This document shows, in pieces, positions 1-10,824 of a stretch of DNA of 64,000 bases. Made by a program: the position numbers and the translations under genes. How positions within the stretch are numbered: position 1 is the first letter of the stretch; every line of letters starts with the position of its first letter. The notes below the pieces were generated by a model. It saw only the letters and a list, made by a program, of their open reading frames with translations. It ran no database searches and was not told the origin of the DNA. Source of the stretch: an uncultured Methanomicrobiales archaeon (GTDB lineage Archaea; Halobacteriota; Methanomicrobia; Methanomicrobiales; Methanospirillaceae); the NCBI GenBank assembly GCA_963758915.1, contig CAVWXH010000016.1:32001-96000 (forward strand), read 5' to 3'.

Positions 1-1401
1 CCTTACTTGTCGCATCACTCCCATCGATAACGACCTATACATTCTTTATAATGAGTGAGAACCTGTTCATGACACTTGTCATATTTTCGGCTTTCTTTTA
101 CGTAAAAGCCTGGGAGTCAGATACATGGTTCTGGACACTCCTCGCGGTTGGATCAATGGCCTTCCTCGCTGCCACCCGTATTATAGGAATAGCCTTTATT
201 GGCGGGTTTGTGATTGGTACCCTTATCCTCGCATATCAATAAGATCAAGGGGGGCCTGGGAATATCAAAGGTCATCAGGAACCCGAATATAATCACCACC
301 CTTGTATGTATACTCTTCACAGGGTTGTGTTTGGAGTAATAATGTTCAGGCCCGGACAGTTTCTTGCGTACAATTCCTCTGGTTATTTGAATGCACTTAT
401 TGTACTCTTTACAAACCCCAATCTGTTTGCGTCGTTTCTATCTCTTGTGATTCATGAGATAGATTATATCCTGATCGCTTCTTTCATCATCTTTCCCCCT
501 ACTTGCAATCGCACTCTTTCTGGGAAGATGGTCTGTTTTTGGAGGGATGTTCGGGATTAATGAATGGTACAGTACGCTCGATATTCCCCAAAAAATCGGA
601 TTATTCGCCCTGTTGATGTATGGCCTCATCTCATCTCTTCTCCTTCTTATTGTAACAGTTACCCACATGTATTTTGCACCAATTGACGCAATGTTCGGGG
701 AAGCAGCCACTTTTCAGGTATTTGGGCGGTATATTGATCCCGCCATTCCTTTAATTGTGCTGATCGGTGTTATTGGATTGGAACGGATGTTTACCGACGA
801 ACCGCGCAAAAAAATTATCCTTCCGCTGGTACTGCTTGGGATTGCGATATTTGTTTTAATTTCATTGACGTTCCCGGTCGGGGATTTCAGATTTGGGGAT
901 ACTACCTCTCTCTATTATCTGCAGTACCCGGGATCAATGATCCCTCCAATGTGGTATGTCGCTGGACTGATAGTTTGTTCATTTATTCTGTTGTATATCG
1001 GTATAACAAGGCCGAAATTAAAATCCCTGATCCTTATTATTTTTATTCTGCTCTCGACCGTACTCTGGATTGGTACTTCTTTCGCAGAATTATATGGCTC
1101 CAAAATGTACGAGAACCGGTATAACGATATCAGCAGGTACCTGCAGACGCATAGCGACGAAAATTCCGTGTTGGTGCTGGACGAAAGGGACATGGCAAAG
1201 CCCGGTACAACGTACTCCTTTTTCCTAATGAGGTTCTGGGGCAAAGGAGATTATTCGATAGGAGATATTGGGGCACGTATACAATCCAATCTGCCAGGAT
1301 CTGGTGGCGAATTGTATCTGGTCTCATCATCGGATCTTCCATATACTAAAGTATTCTGTTCAAAAACAGGACTATGCATCTATAATCCCAGATATCAATA
1401 G
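1..1401 (+). CDS. Polytopic membrane protein, GT-C/ArnT-PMT-like glycosyltransferase candidate; 5'-truncated, split over ORFs 51-242, 306-560 and 547-1401
   Basis: Consecutive hydrophobic ORFs; frame open from window start (LLVASLPSITTYTFFIMSENLF...), many TM segments, GRYIDP motif, soluble C-terminal domain. Family call is by resemblance only. Confidence 0.5.
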
Positions 1402-1580
1402 AAGATCAGGCTAGGGCTGTAAAACGAATGCATCCGGATAACCTTTTATTGGAAACTTCAGAGTGAAAGACGAAATATATTCCCAAATAGACACAAAACA
1501 TCCAAAATATGACTCTCAACTCATCTATAAACGTTTTAATGGTAAGACAACCAATTCTGGTCCCAATTCCCCAATAACTA

Positions 1581-1622
1581 TTACCCCGATCAATCGCTCT
1601 ATTAGGGTACAGCACAGACCTA
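1581..1622. repeat. 42-bp direct repeat, copy 1 (copy 2 at 2203-2244)
   Basis: TTACCCCGATCAATCGCTCTATTAGGGTACA(G/A)CACAGACCTA, 41/42 identical between the copies. Confidence 0.9.
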
Positions 1623-1804
1623 ATCCGGCAGAGTGAATGTTTCGTCCTGAATCCCTCATTCCGCCGATGTCATAACGGAGCTAAATATTTTCAGCGAATT
1701 TCTGCATAACTACTAAGGCAGTATGAGTGTCTCGTCTGCCATCGTGTCTCAATCTATTGGAATCATCTCCCTCTAACCCGATATAGTAATTTTCCCATTT
1801 TTCC

Positions 1805-2150
1805 GGCTCTGTAGAAACATGCATGAACGGGAAGTTCACACCCAAACCATGAAAATGCCGCGTTCAAAATCTCTTCATTTTGGTGGCCGTTAGGCATGTA
1901 GGAAATCCTCTCAAATCTATCTTGCAGATTGGTAATTCCAAAATTTCGTCACGCTCCCGGGGCTCCGCCCCGCCGCTGTGGCGACCCCGGTTGGGATAGG
2001 GAATAATCTCCAAATCTCTGAAATTTCCTTGAATGTCCCAATTGAACCCTGCCAATGAATATCTTACGGGGGTGGGGCAGGGAGGGGGTGAAACCCCCTC
2101 CTGTCTACGTATCTGCTCTTTTTTTAAATATGCAGGGTTTCTACAGAGCC
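1805..2150 (+). mobile_element. MITE-like element: TIR-module A-core(forward)-TIR
   Basis: Perfect 14-bp TIR GGCTCTGTAGAAAC (1805-1818) / GTTTCTACAGAGCC (2137-2150); flanks ATTTTTCC / ATTTTTTCC look like a target duplication; internal sequence repeated at many loci. Confidence 0.85.
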
Positions 2151-2202
2151 ATTTTTTCCTTCACTTTCCGTGTCACAGACAACCCGTTACACCCCTCCCA
2201 CC

Positions 2203-2244
2203 TTACCCCGATCAATCGCTCTATTAGGGTACAACACAGACCTA
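2203..2244. repeat. 42-bp direct repeat, copy 2, just upstream of uvrA
   Basis: Matches 1581-1622 with one mismatch; ends 16 bp before the uvrA ATG. Confidence 0.9.
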
Positions 2245-2260
2245 TTTCCCACTGTTAACA

Positions 2261-5182
2261 ATGAAGAAAATAGTCATAAAAGGGGCCCGGCAGCACAACC
2301 TCAAAAATATCACGGTCGAGCTCCCACGCGATAAATTAATTGTCATTACCGGCCTTTCCGGGTCCGGGAAGTCAACCCTTGCATTCGATACTATTTACGC
2401 CGAAGGGCAGCGAAGATATGTTGAATCGCTTTCAGCATACGCCCGACAGTTCCTCGGGTTGATGCAGAAACCGGATGTTGATGCAATTGAAGGGCTATCT
2501 CCTGCAATCTCGATCGAACAGAAGACCACATCGAAGAACCCGAGAAGTACCGTTGGCACGGTCACGGAGATTTACGACTACCTCCGGCTCCTTTTTGCAC
2601 GTATCGGTGTCCCGTACTGCCCTGTTCACAATATCCGGATTGAGGCACAGTCGCCGGTCCGCATCGCGGAAAGCATTGCAGAAGAATATCCGGGCCAGGT
2701 AACGATCCTTTCACCAATTATCAGGCAGAAGAAGGGCACCTACCTGCAGGTAATAAAAGACCTGAACAAGGAAGGCTATGCAAGGGTCCGTATCAATGGC
2801 GAGATCCACCGCACCGATGAAGAAGTCCCCCTTGAACGGTATAAGAAGCACGATATCGACGTGGTCATCGACCGGCTCGACTCAACTGATCGCTCACGTC
2901 TCGCGGAAGCCTGCGAAAATGCACTGAAGAAATCCGAAGGGCTGGTTATTGCTTCCGGTGGTGACGGAAAGGAAACCACGTACTCGGCAAACATGGCCTG
3001 CCCTGAATGTGGTATCACGTTCGAGGAACTGCAGCCGAGGATGTTCTCATTCAACAGCCCGTTCGGTGCCTGCGAGGTATGTAACGGTCTCGGGATCCGG
3101 ATGGAATTTGACCCGGACCTGATTATCCCGGACAGGAAACTCTCACTCGCTGATGGTGCGGTCGCGATGTACCGTAATTTTCTCGACGGTTACCGGAGCC
3201 AGCACCTCGGTGCCGTTGCAAAACACTTCGGTTTCTCGGTGTTTACCCCCATCAATGACCTTACCACACCGCAATATAATGCCCTGATGTTTGGTTCCGA
3301 AGAACAGGTCCGGTTCTCGATGAGCATGAAGAACGGGGATGCCCACTGGTCTCACAAGGGGGCATGGGAGGGGCTCCTGCCCCAGGCGACCCGCCTGTAT
3401 CACCAGACCCAGTCTGAATACCGGAAACGTGAACTCGAGAAATTCATGCGGATATCAGATTGCCCGAAATGCCATGGCAGGCGCCTGAAGGACAAGATCC
3501 TGGCCGTAAAAATTGCCGGGCATTCAATTATCGACATCACCGATTTACCGGTGACAAAATGCATGGACTTCTTCAAAACAATTGAATTAAACGAAAAAGA
3601 ACAGGAGATAGCGAAGCAGGTATTGAAGGAGATCAATGCCCGGCTCGAATTTCTTGAAAAAGTCGGGCTCGGGTACCTCACGCTCTCCCGGAGTGCAGGG
3701 ACGTTATCCGGTGGGGAAGCCCAGCGGATCAGGCTTGCCACCCAGATAGGCTCGAACCTCGTCGGTGTCCTCTATGTCCTCGATGAACCCTCAATCGGGC
3801 TCCACCAGCGGGACAACCAGAAACTGATTGACACCCTGCGCCGGCTCCGGGACCTCGGGAATACCCTGATCGTGGTCGAACATGATGAGGACACCATCCG
3901 GCATGCCGATTATGTCGTCGACATGGGGCCCGGTGCAGGGCTCCACGGGGGATATGTCGTCGCAGAGGGGACCCCGGTACAGATCGAGCGGAATAAGAAG
4001 TCCCTTACCGGCCAGTACCTTGCACGGACGATGAGGATTGATGTACCCGAGAAAAGAAGAAAAAGCAGGCACCATGTCCGGATAACCGGCTGCAGAGAAA
4101 ATAACTTAAAAGGAATCGATGTGGAGATCCCGATCGGTGTATTCACGGTCATCACCGGTGTATCGGGTAGCGGGAAATCCACCCTTATTTACGATACGCT
4201 CTACAAGGCCCTGATGAGGGTGCTCTATAACTCGAAGGAAAGTCCCGGGAAATATGAAAACCTGGAGTTTGACAGCGAGATTGACAAGGTAATCGTGATC
4301 GACCAGAGCCCGATCGGAAAGACACCCCGGTCGAACCCTGCGACGTATACCAAGGTATTCGATGAAGTCCGGAAAATCTTTGCCGAATCAAAGGAGGCGA
4401 AGGTACGGGGGTACCAGCCCGGAAGGTTCTCATTTAACCTGAAGGGTGGCCGGTGTGAGGCCTGTGAAGGGGACGGGCTGATCAAGATCGAGATGAACTT
4501 CCTCCCTGATGTCTATGTCGAATGCGAGGAATGCAAGGGGTCACGGTATAACCGGGAAACACTCGAGGTGAAATACAAGGGGAAATCAATATCTGATGTC
4601 CTGAATATGACGGTCGAAGAGGCAACCGAACTATTTGTAAATATTCCGGCAATACACCAGAAACTTGAGACCCTCTCGGCAGTAGGGCTGGATTATATCA
4701 AGTTAGGCCAGAGTTCAACCACGCTTTCCGGAGGAGAAGCACAGAGGATCAAACTTACCCGCGAGCTCGCAAAAAAAGCCACCGGGAAAACGATCTACTT
4801 CCTCGACGAACCCACAACCGGCCTCCATTTCCATGACGTCAAAAAACTGATCCGGGTCCTTGATGAACTGGTAGCCAAGGGAAATACCGTCGTTGTCATC
4901 GAACATAACCTGGATATCGTCAAATCTGCGGATTATATTATTGACCTCGGGCCTGGTGGGGGCGATGCCGGTGGTGAAGTGATTGCGACCGGTACCCCTG
5001 AGGAAATCGCAGGAAATAAAAAGAGTTACACCGGAGAGTTCCTCAAAGTCCTGCTCGACGATCGACCGGAAAAACAGCCGTCCCAAGCGGTGCATGGTAA
5101 TGGAAATACAACCATCCGTAGTAAAGTCGAAAGCCCGGAGAGCAGGGAAGGTATAAAGATCATACCGATCGGTAATTGGTAA
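2261..5182 (+). CDS. uvrA: Excinuclease ABC subunit A
   Basis: [16 protein letters not shown] start, two Walker A motifs ([16 protein letters not shown]), two LSGGEAQRI signatures, CxxC zinc fingers. Confidence 0.98.
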   Translation: MKKIVIKGARQHNLKNITVELPRDKLIVITGLSGSGKSTLAFDTIYAEGQRRYVESLSAYARQFLGLMQKPDVDAIEGLSPAISIEQKTTSKNPRSTVGTVTEIYDYLRLLFARIGVPYCPVHNIRIEAQSPVRIAESIAEEYPGQVTILSPIIRQKKGTYLQVIKDLNKEGYARVRINGEIHRTDEEVPLERYKKHDIDVVIDRLDSTDRSRLAEACENALKKSEGLVIASGGDGKETTYSANMACPECGITFEELQPRMFSFNSPFGACEVCNGLGIRMEFDPDLIIPDRKLSLADGAVAMYRNFLDGYRSQHLGAVAKHFGFSVFTPINDLTTPQYNALMFGSEEQVRFSMSMKNGDAHWSHKGAWEGLLPQATRLYHQTQSEYRKRELEKFMRISDCPKCHGRRLKDKILAVKIAGHSIIDITDLPVTKCMDFFKTIELNEKEQEIAKQVLKEINARLEFLEKVGLGYLTLSRSAGTLSGGEAQRIRLATQIGSNLVGVLYVLDEPSIGLHQRDNQKLIDTLRRLRDLGNTLIVVEHDEDTIRHADYVVDMGPGAGLHGGYVVAEGTPVQIERNKKSLTGQYLARTMRIDVPEKRRKSRHHVRITGCRENNLKGIDVEIPIGVFTVITGVSGSGKSTLIYDTLYKALMRVLYNSKESPGKYENLEFDSEIDKVIVIDQSPIGKTPRSNPATYTKVFDEVRKIFAESKEAKVRGYQPGRFSFNLKGGRCEACEGDGLIKIEMNFLPDVYVECEECKGSRYNRETLEVKYKGKSISDVLNMTVEEATELFVNIPAIHQKLETLSAVGLDYIKLGQSSTTLSGGEAQRIKLTRELAKKATGKTIYFLDEPTTGLHFHDVKKLIRVLDELVAKGNTVVVIEHNLDIVKSADYIIDLGPGGGDAGGEVIATGTPEEIAGNKKSYTGEFLKVLLDDRPEKQPSQAVHGNGNTTIRSKVESPESREGIKIIPIGNW

Positions 5183-5521
5183 AAGCCCTGAAAATGTAAG
5201 AACTGGCATTTCCTGGGAAATACCGGGAAAAATTAAGAATTGCCGGGAATGGAATATAAGCACGTAGTGGTGAAAAGGCAGGAACAAACAGTGGAATAAT
5301 TTCAAGGGTATGTATCCTGAATAATTGTCCTAGCCGGCCAGGGATACCGATCTAACTGGAACAACCCATGCGATATCGTTTTTTTTCAATTACCTGATAA
5401 AACTCAATTTTATATCTTTCGTCATTCGTTCCAGCCTGGTTTGACTATTGCATCGCCCCTCCATGAGATCCGGTAAAAAATATGATGCATAAACCGCTGC
5501 CGTTGTCAGGAGGACCTGACA

Positions 5522-7075
5522 TTGATAGATCTCTCCATGGTACCTGAAAGTCCGGGCTGCTATATCTTCCGTGATCCGATGCGACGATTCTCTATGTAGG
5601 TAAGGCAAAAAATCTTAAAAAACGGGTTACATCATATTTCCAGAAAAGTGACCATGATACAAAGACCCTCGCGCTGATCAGCCACATAAGTTCGCTCGAC
5701 TTCATGGTCACCAGCAACGAGGTTGAGGCCCTGATCCTTGAAAACAGTCTGATCAAGGAGAACCAGCCGCGGTACAATATCGATCTGAAGGATGCGAAAC
5801 AATACGCCTATATTGAGCTCAACGGATGAGGAGTTCCCCTGTATCAGGATTGCACGGAAGGCAACAACAAAAGGGACGTTTTTCGGACCATTTGTGTCAG
5901 CAGCCGAAAGGGACTACGTGTATTCTGTCGTAAAAAAAGTATTCCGGTTACGGACCTGTAAAAATCTCCGCAGGAGGGCATGCCTCCGGCACCACATCCA
6001 TACCTGTACCGCCCCCTGTCTCGGAGATCTCACGGTCGAAGATTACGGGGAACAGGTAAAAAAAGCAGTTTTGGTATTAAAGGGCCGGGGGACTGAACTT
6101 GTCCGGAAGCTGAAGGATGACATGCAGGCCCATTCTGAATCACAGGATTACGAAGGGGCAATGATGGTCCGGAACCAGATCAATGCAATAGAACGGCTGG
6201 GGCAGCGCCAGGATATGGTCCGCCCCTCTGATACCGAGGAAGACATTATTAATTACCTTGTTCAGGACGACAAAGTTTACCTGATGCTCTTTCCCGTTCA
6301 TTCCGGTACCCTTGCGAATAAAAAGGAGTATGTGTTCGATTATCGTGAGGATTTCTTTGAAGAATTCCTGGTCCAGTACTATTCGTTACATGAACCGCCC
6401 GGAGAACTGGTGGTGCCCGAGCCGGTCAGTGAACCGATGGAAGAATTTCTTTCAGGGCAGAAGGGCAGGAAAGTAACGGTTACCATACCCCAGAGAGGTG
6501 CAAAACGGAGGCTCCTTGATCTCATCAGGGTGAATATCGAGACGGTGTTTTTCGGGGACGAAATAAAACTTCATGAAGTCAGGGACCAGCTGGGCCTTTC
6601 AGATCTCCCGAGGGTGATTGAATGTTTCGATATCTCTCACCTGTCAGGAACTTCGGTTGTAGGTTCAATGGTCCGGTTCAGCGATGCCCGGCCGGACAAA
6701 AAGAATTACCGCCGGTTCCAGATCAAGACTGTTGAAGGGGTTGATGATTTCATGGCGATAGGTGAGATTGTCCGTCGCCGGTATTCCAGGTTAAAGGATG
6801 AAGGCAGCCCTATGCCAGACCTCGTGATGGTTGACGGTGGCAAAGGGCAGCTACATGCTGCGGTAAAGGAAATTAAAAAGTTAGGGCTTTCACTTCCCGT
6901 CATCGCCCTCGCAAAACGCGAAGAGGAGATCTACATGACCGGCCATGCTCACCCGATCCCCGTTGACCGGAAGGAGAGGGCCTCGTTGTTTCTCCAGGAG
7001 ATACGGGATGAAGCACACCGGTTTGCAGTTACCTATCACCGGTTGCTCCGGAAAAAGAAATCGATCAAAGGATAA
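5522..7075 (+). CDS. uvrC: Excinuclease ABC subunit C (two apparent frameshifts near 5577 and 5820)
   Basis: TTG start after AGGAGG; GIY-YIG N-terminus reconstructed across frames (PESPGCYIF / ILYVGKAKNLKKRVTSYF...EALILENSLIK); main ORF has IECFDISH, DGGKGQL, RDEAHRFA. Confidence 0.92.
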
Positions 7076-7088
7076 TATTGGGAAATTT

Positions 7089-7160
7089 GGTTTTATGAAA
7101 ACAGACATGAACCGTGAGTTCAATTGATCGGGGTACACTTCCCGTTTATGTGTGTTTCTA
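7089..7160. repeat. Mini element of two module-A ends in inverted orientation
   Basis: GAAAACAGACATGAACCGTGAGTTCA ... ACTTCCCGTTTATGTGTGTTTCTA; the second part is the reverse complement of the module A start. Confidence 0.6.
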
Positions 7161-7168
7161 TAATGTTC

Positions 7169-7432
7169 TGCTTTGTTGAAACCCTGCGGGGTCATAAAAA
7201 GAAGAGGGAAATACGAATACGGGAGAGAGTTTCACCCCCTCTCTGCCCCACCCCCAGTAAGATATTCATTGGGCAGGGTTTCGGCGAAGGCACATTAAAT
7301 CCAGATTATTTTTGGATAGTCTCTATCCCAACCGGGGTCGCCAAAGCGGCGGGGCGTGAGCCCCGGGAGCGTGACGGAATTTTCGAACGTACCCGAAGTC
7401 GCTAGAAATTATCAGAGCATTTCTACAGAGCC
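7169..7432 (-). mobile_element. MITE-like element, core only
   Basis: TGCTTTGTTGAAAC ... ATTTCTACAGAGCC; core motifs on the reverse strand (TATCCCAACCGGGGTCGCCAAAGCGGCGGGGC); flanks TAATGTTC / TGAAGTTC (6/8). Confidence 0.8.
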
Positions 7433-7670
7433 TGAAGTTCAAAATGTATGGTATGAATCCAGGGTTTTCCTGCAGCATCTTGACGTCAGGAATATCACGT
7501 GAAATGCAGGTATCCAAATTATTATTGAATATCCGGCTGATAAATTTGTGAATTACCAGGCATCTGAATAAAAAATTTGTAAACCAATAATTGACCTTGA
7601 TTCAGGTTTAGAATAAAAAATTTAAAAATAATCCCGGAAAAACAATGATCTGATTTCACAATTCACTACC

Positions 7671-9606
7671 ATGACCGATTTTAACCTGCATGCACCATTC
7701 GAACCAAAAGGCTCCCAGCCTGAGGCAATACAGAAACTGGTCACGCGGTATCAGTGAAGGGATGCAATACCAGACACTTCTCGGGGTTACCGGGTCGGGT
7801 AAGACGTTTACCATGGCAAACGTGATCAGGGATTCAGGAAGGCCTGCCCTGGTCATCGCTCACAACAAGACCCTTGCAGCACAATTCTACAATGAATTCC
7901 GGGAATTTTTCCCTGATAACCGGGTCGAATATTTTGTATCATACTATGACTATTACCAGCCTGAATCGTATATCCCCGCAAAAGACCAGTATATCGAGAA
8001 AGATTCGCAGATAAACCCGAAGATCGAGCAACTCCGCCTGTCAGCGACCGCATCGCTCCTGTCCCGGCGGGATGTAATTGTTGTCGCCTCGGTCTCCTGT
8101 ATATACGGTCTTGGCCGGCCGGAAAATTTCCGGAATATGGGGTTCGAGGTAAAAGTAAACGAACGGAGTTCAAGGAAACAGATCATCAGTGACCTGGTCG
8201 CCTGCCAGTTCCAGAGAAATGACCTTGAACTCATGCCCGGACGTTTCAGGGTGAAAGGAGATACCATTGACCTGATCCCCGGTTATTTCAATAATATCAT
8301 CCGGGTCGAACTGTTTGGGGACAACATCGAACGGATCATGGAGATCGACAAAAATACCGGACAGGTCAAAGAGAAGATGAACTATTTCTACGTATACCCT
8401 GCACGGCATTATGTTATTCCGGAGGAAGACCAGAAACGTGCGATGGTGACCATACGGGAGGAATTGAAAGAACGTCTTCCGGAACTCGGGCTCATCGAAT
8501 CATACCGGCTTGAACAGCGGACCCGGTACGACCTCGAGATGATCGAGGAAAGCGGGAGCTGCAAGGGGATAGAAAATTATTCCCGGCACTTTGATTTCCG
8601 CAAACCGGGAGAAAAACCCTATTGTCTCCTCGATTATTTCCCTGATGATTTTATTCTCTTTATTGATGAGAGTCACCAGACTATACCGCAGCTTAACGGG
8701 ATGTACAAGGGAGACCGTTCGAGGAAACAGTCCCTTATTGATTACGGGTTCCGCCTTCCAAGTGCGTATGATAACCGGCCGCTCATGTTCAAAGAGTTCG
8801 AGCAGTACATGCACCAGGTCATCTTCGTATCCGCCACCCCTGCGGACTACGAACGTGAGCATTCGGGCCAGGTCGTCGAGCAGATTATCAGGCCGACCGG
8901 GCTTGTTGACCCTGAAGTCGAGGTCAGGAAGACGGAAGGCCAGACAGAGGACGTGATCGGTGAGATCGAGACCACGATTGCCCGTGGTGACCGGGTACTC
9001 CTGACAACCCTGACGAAAAAGCTTGCCGAGGAATATACCGAGTACCTTGCCGGCCGGGGGATCAGGACACGGTACCTGCATTCAGAAATAGATACGCTCC
9101 AGAGGACCGAGATCATCAGGGAACTGAGGCTTGGTAAGTTCGATGTGCTTGTCGGGATCAACCTTCTCCGTGAAGGGCTCGATATCCCGGAAGTGGGGTT
9201 TATCGGGATCCTCGATGCTGACAAGGAGGGGTTCCTGCGGGACGCGAGAAGCCTGATCCAGATTATCGGGCGGGCAGCCCGTAATGTCAATGCCCATGTG
9301 GTATTATACGCTGACAATATCACGAAGTCAATAGAACTGGCACTTTCGGAGACGAAAAGGCGCCGCGAGATGCAACTTGCTTACAACAAGGAGCACAACA
9401 TCGTCCCTCAGACCATAATAAAACCGGTACGAGAGAAGGAGGTCGATATCAAGGATGTCAAGCACATTCCGAAGGTTGAGTTGCCGAACCTGATCATCGA
9501 ACTTGAAGCAGCAATGAAGGCCGCTGCAGAGAACCTTGATTTCGAGGAGGCAATCCGGATACGCGACCAGGTCAATTCATTGAAAAAGAGGCTCGGGGAG
9601 AGTTGA
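7671..9606 (+). CDS. uvrB: Excinuclease ABC subunit B (apparent frameshift near 7745)
   Basis: ATG 7671 gives MTDFNLHAPFEPKGSQPEAIQKL, then shifts into LLGVTGSGKT; also YYDYYQPE, DESH, GINLLREGLD, GRAAR and a C-terminal UVR motif. Confidence 0.95.
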
Positions 9607-9626
9607 AAGGAGAGATTGTAATTTTT

Positions 9627-9979
9627 ACCTCTGTATAAACACACATGAACGGGAAGTTCACACCCGGATGATTGAATAGCTCGTTAATAATCTCCTTATA
9701 TTGGGGTCCTTTCAGGCATTTTCATTGGAAATCCTACGGGTAATAAAAAAACTAGTAAAACTGCTTAGAATGGGGTTTCACACCTTCCCCGTCCTACCAC
9801 CTTTAAGATATTCCTGGCAAGGATTTAACTGGGGCATTTAAAAAAAAATTTTAGAGGTTGTGAGATCATACCCTATCCCAACCGGGGTCGCCAAAGCGGC
9901 GGGCCTGAGCCCCGGGAGCGTGAGTAAATTTTTGAATAACCTAATGCACAAAATAGAGTGAGAGGGTTTCACCAAAGGG
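9627..9979. mobile_element. MITE-like element: TIR-module A-core(reversed)-TIR
   Basis: Degenerate TIRs ACCTCTGTATAAAC / GTTTCACCAAAGGG; ACACATGAACGGGAAGTTCACACCC then GGAAATCC junction and reverse-strand core. Confidence 0.8.
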
Positions 9980-10824
9980 CTATTTCATTCTAATCCGGAA
10001 TACCACGCTGACTTGGGACTTCTGCATCCAGGCGTCACTTTCGTCCGGGATAGTATTTTTTTCATGTTAACCTGTTTTCTCTTGTTGTAAAATAACGTTT
10101 TGTGAGGATTCCGGCACTCCCGGATAATCTATCATAAAAAAACGGGTAGAACTAGCAGAAATTCAGAATCTGGTTGTTATGTTCTCTCAAAAATGGATAC
10201 GTATAGAATAGTCTGGCAGGCTGATGTATGGGGAGATCGATCTGAAAAAAGGACAAAGAGGAATGTATTTATAAATAATTGTATCCTGGTATAATACTCT
10301 GCATGGTTTACCGTGTTAAGCTGTTCAGTAACTGGAACATTTTTTTCATTTCAATACCCGTTCTCCATTTCAATTATTCTGGTATTCCGGAATCCTGTAT
10401 TGATACTCAAATGACATTATTTTGTAATAACCGCGCGTAAAGCCGTTTTCATAAAAATGTCTGCCAATACGCTGACATATGGCTGCCGGAAAAAAATCTC
10501 ATATACTGGAAAGTGTTTACCTTGTTAAGCTATTAACCAATTATATTCAATTTGGCCTTAATTTCTGTCAATCCTACCCCTATCACTTTGCAAATTCTGT
10601 ACCTTAGTATGGAACCCGTTGACACCCTGATATCACATTTAACGCGCTCCGGTGATGCGATATCGGAAAAAACGGGTGTATAAAAGACCAAAATTCACGA
10701 AAAGTTTAAATATGTTACAGGAGAGGATATGTTGAATACATTTATATCGGGGTTTTGGGATGTCAAGCATCGCAGATTTCCGATTCAAGGATGTACAAAA
10801 CCAGACTGAGCTCAGGTGATCAAG

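Noticed and set aside
1864-2258. Short ORFs such as GVGQGGGETPSCL.. recurring at 2033, 17287, 42216 and 46146
   Set aside because: Chance translations of the repeat core; starts, stops and frames are not conserved between copies.
1824-9660. TGAAC-N5-GTTCA near the uvr genes as an SOS (LexA/Cheo) box
   Set aside because: The Bacillus-type box has a 4-bp spacer. Here the motif is part of a repeat also found beside unrelated genes, and it lies mostly downstream of genes.
10729-10809. 26-codon ORF upstream of the PKD gene
   Set aside because: Its ATG is too close to the likely TATA box (10705-10712) to be transcribed with its RBS; no recognisable features.
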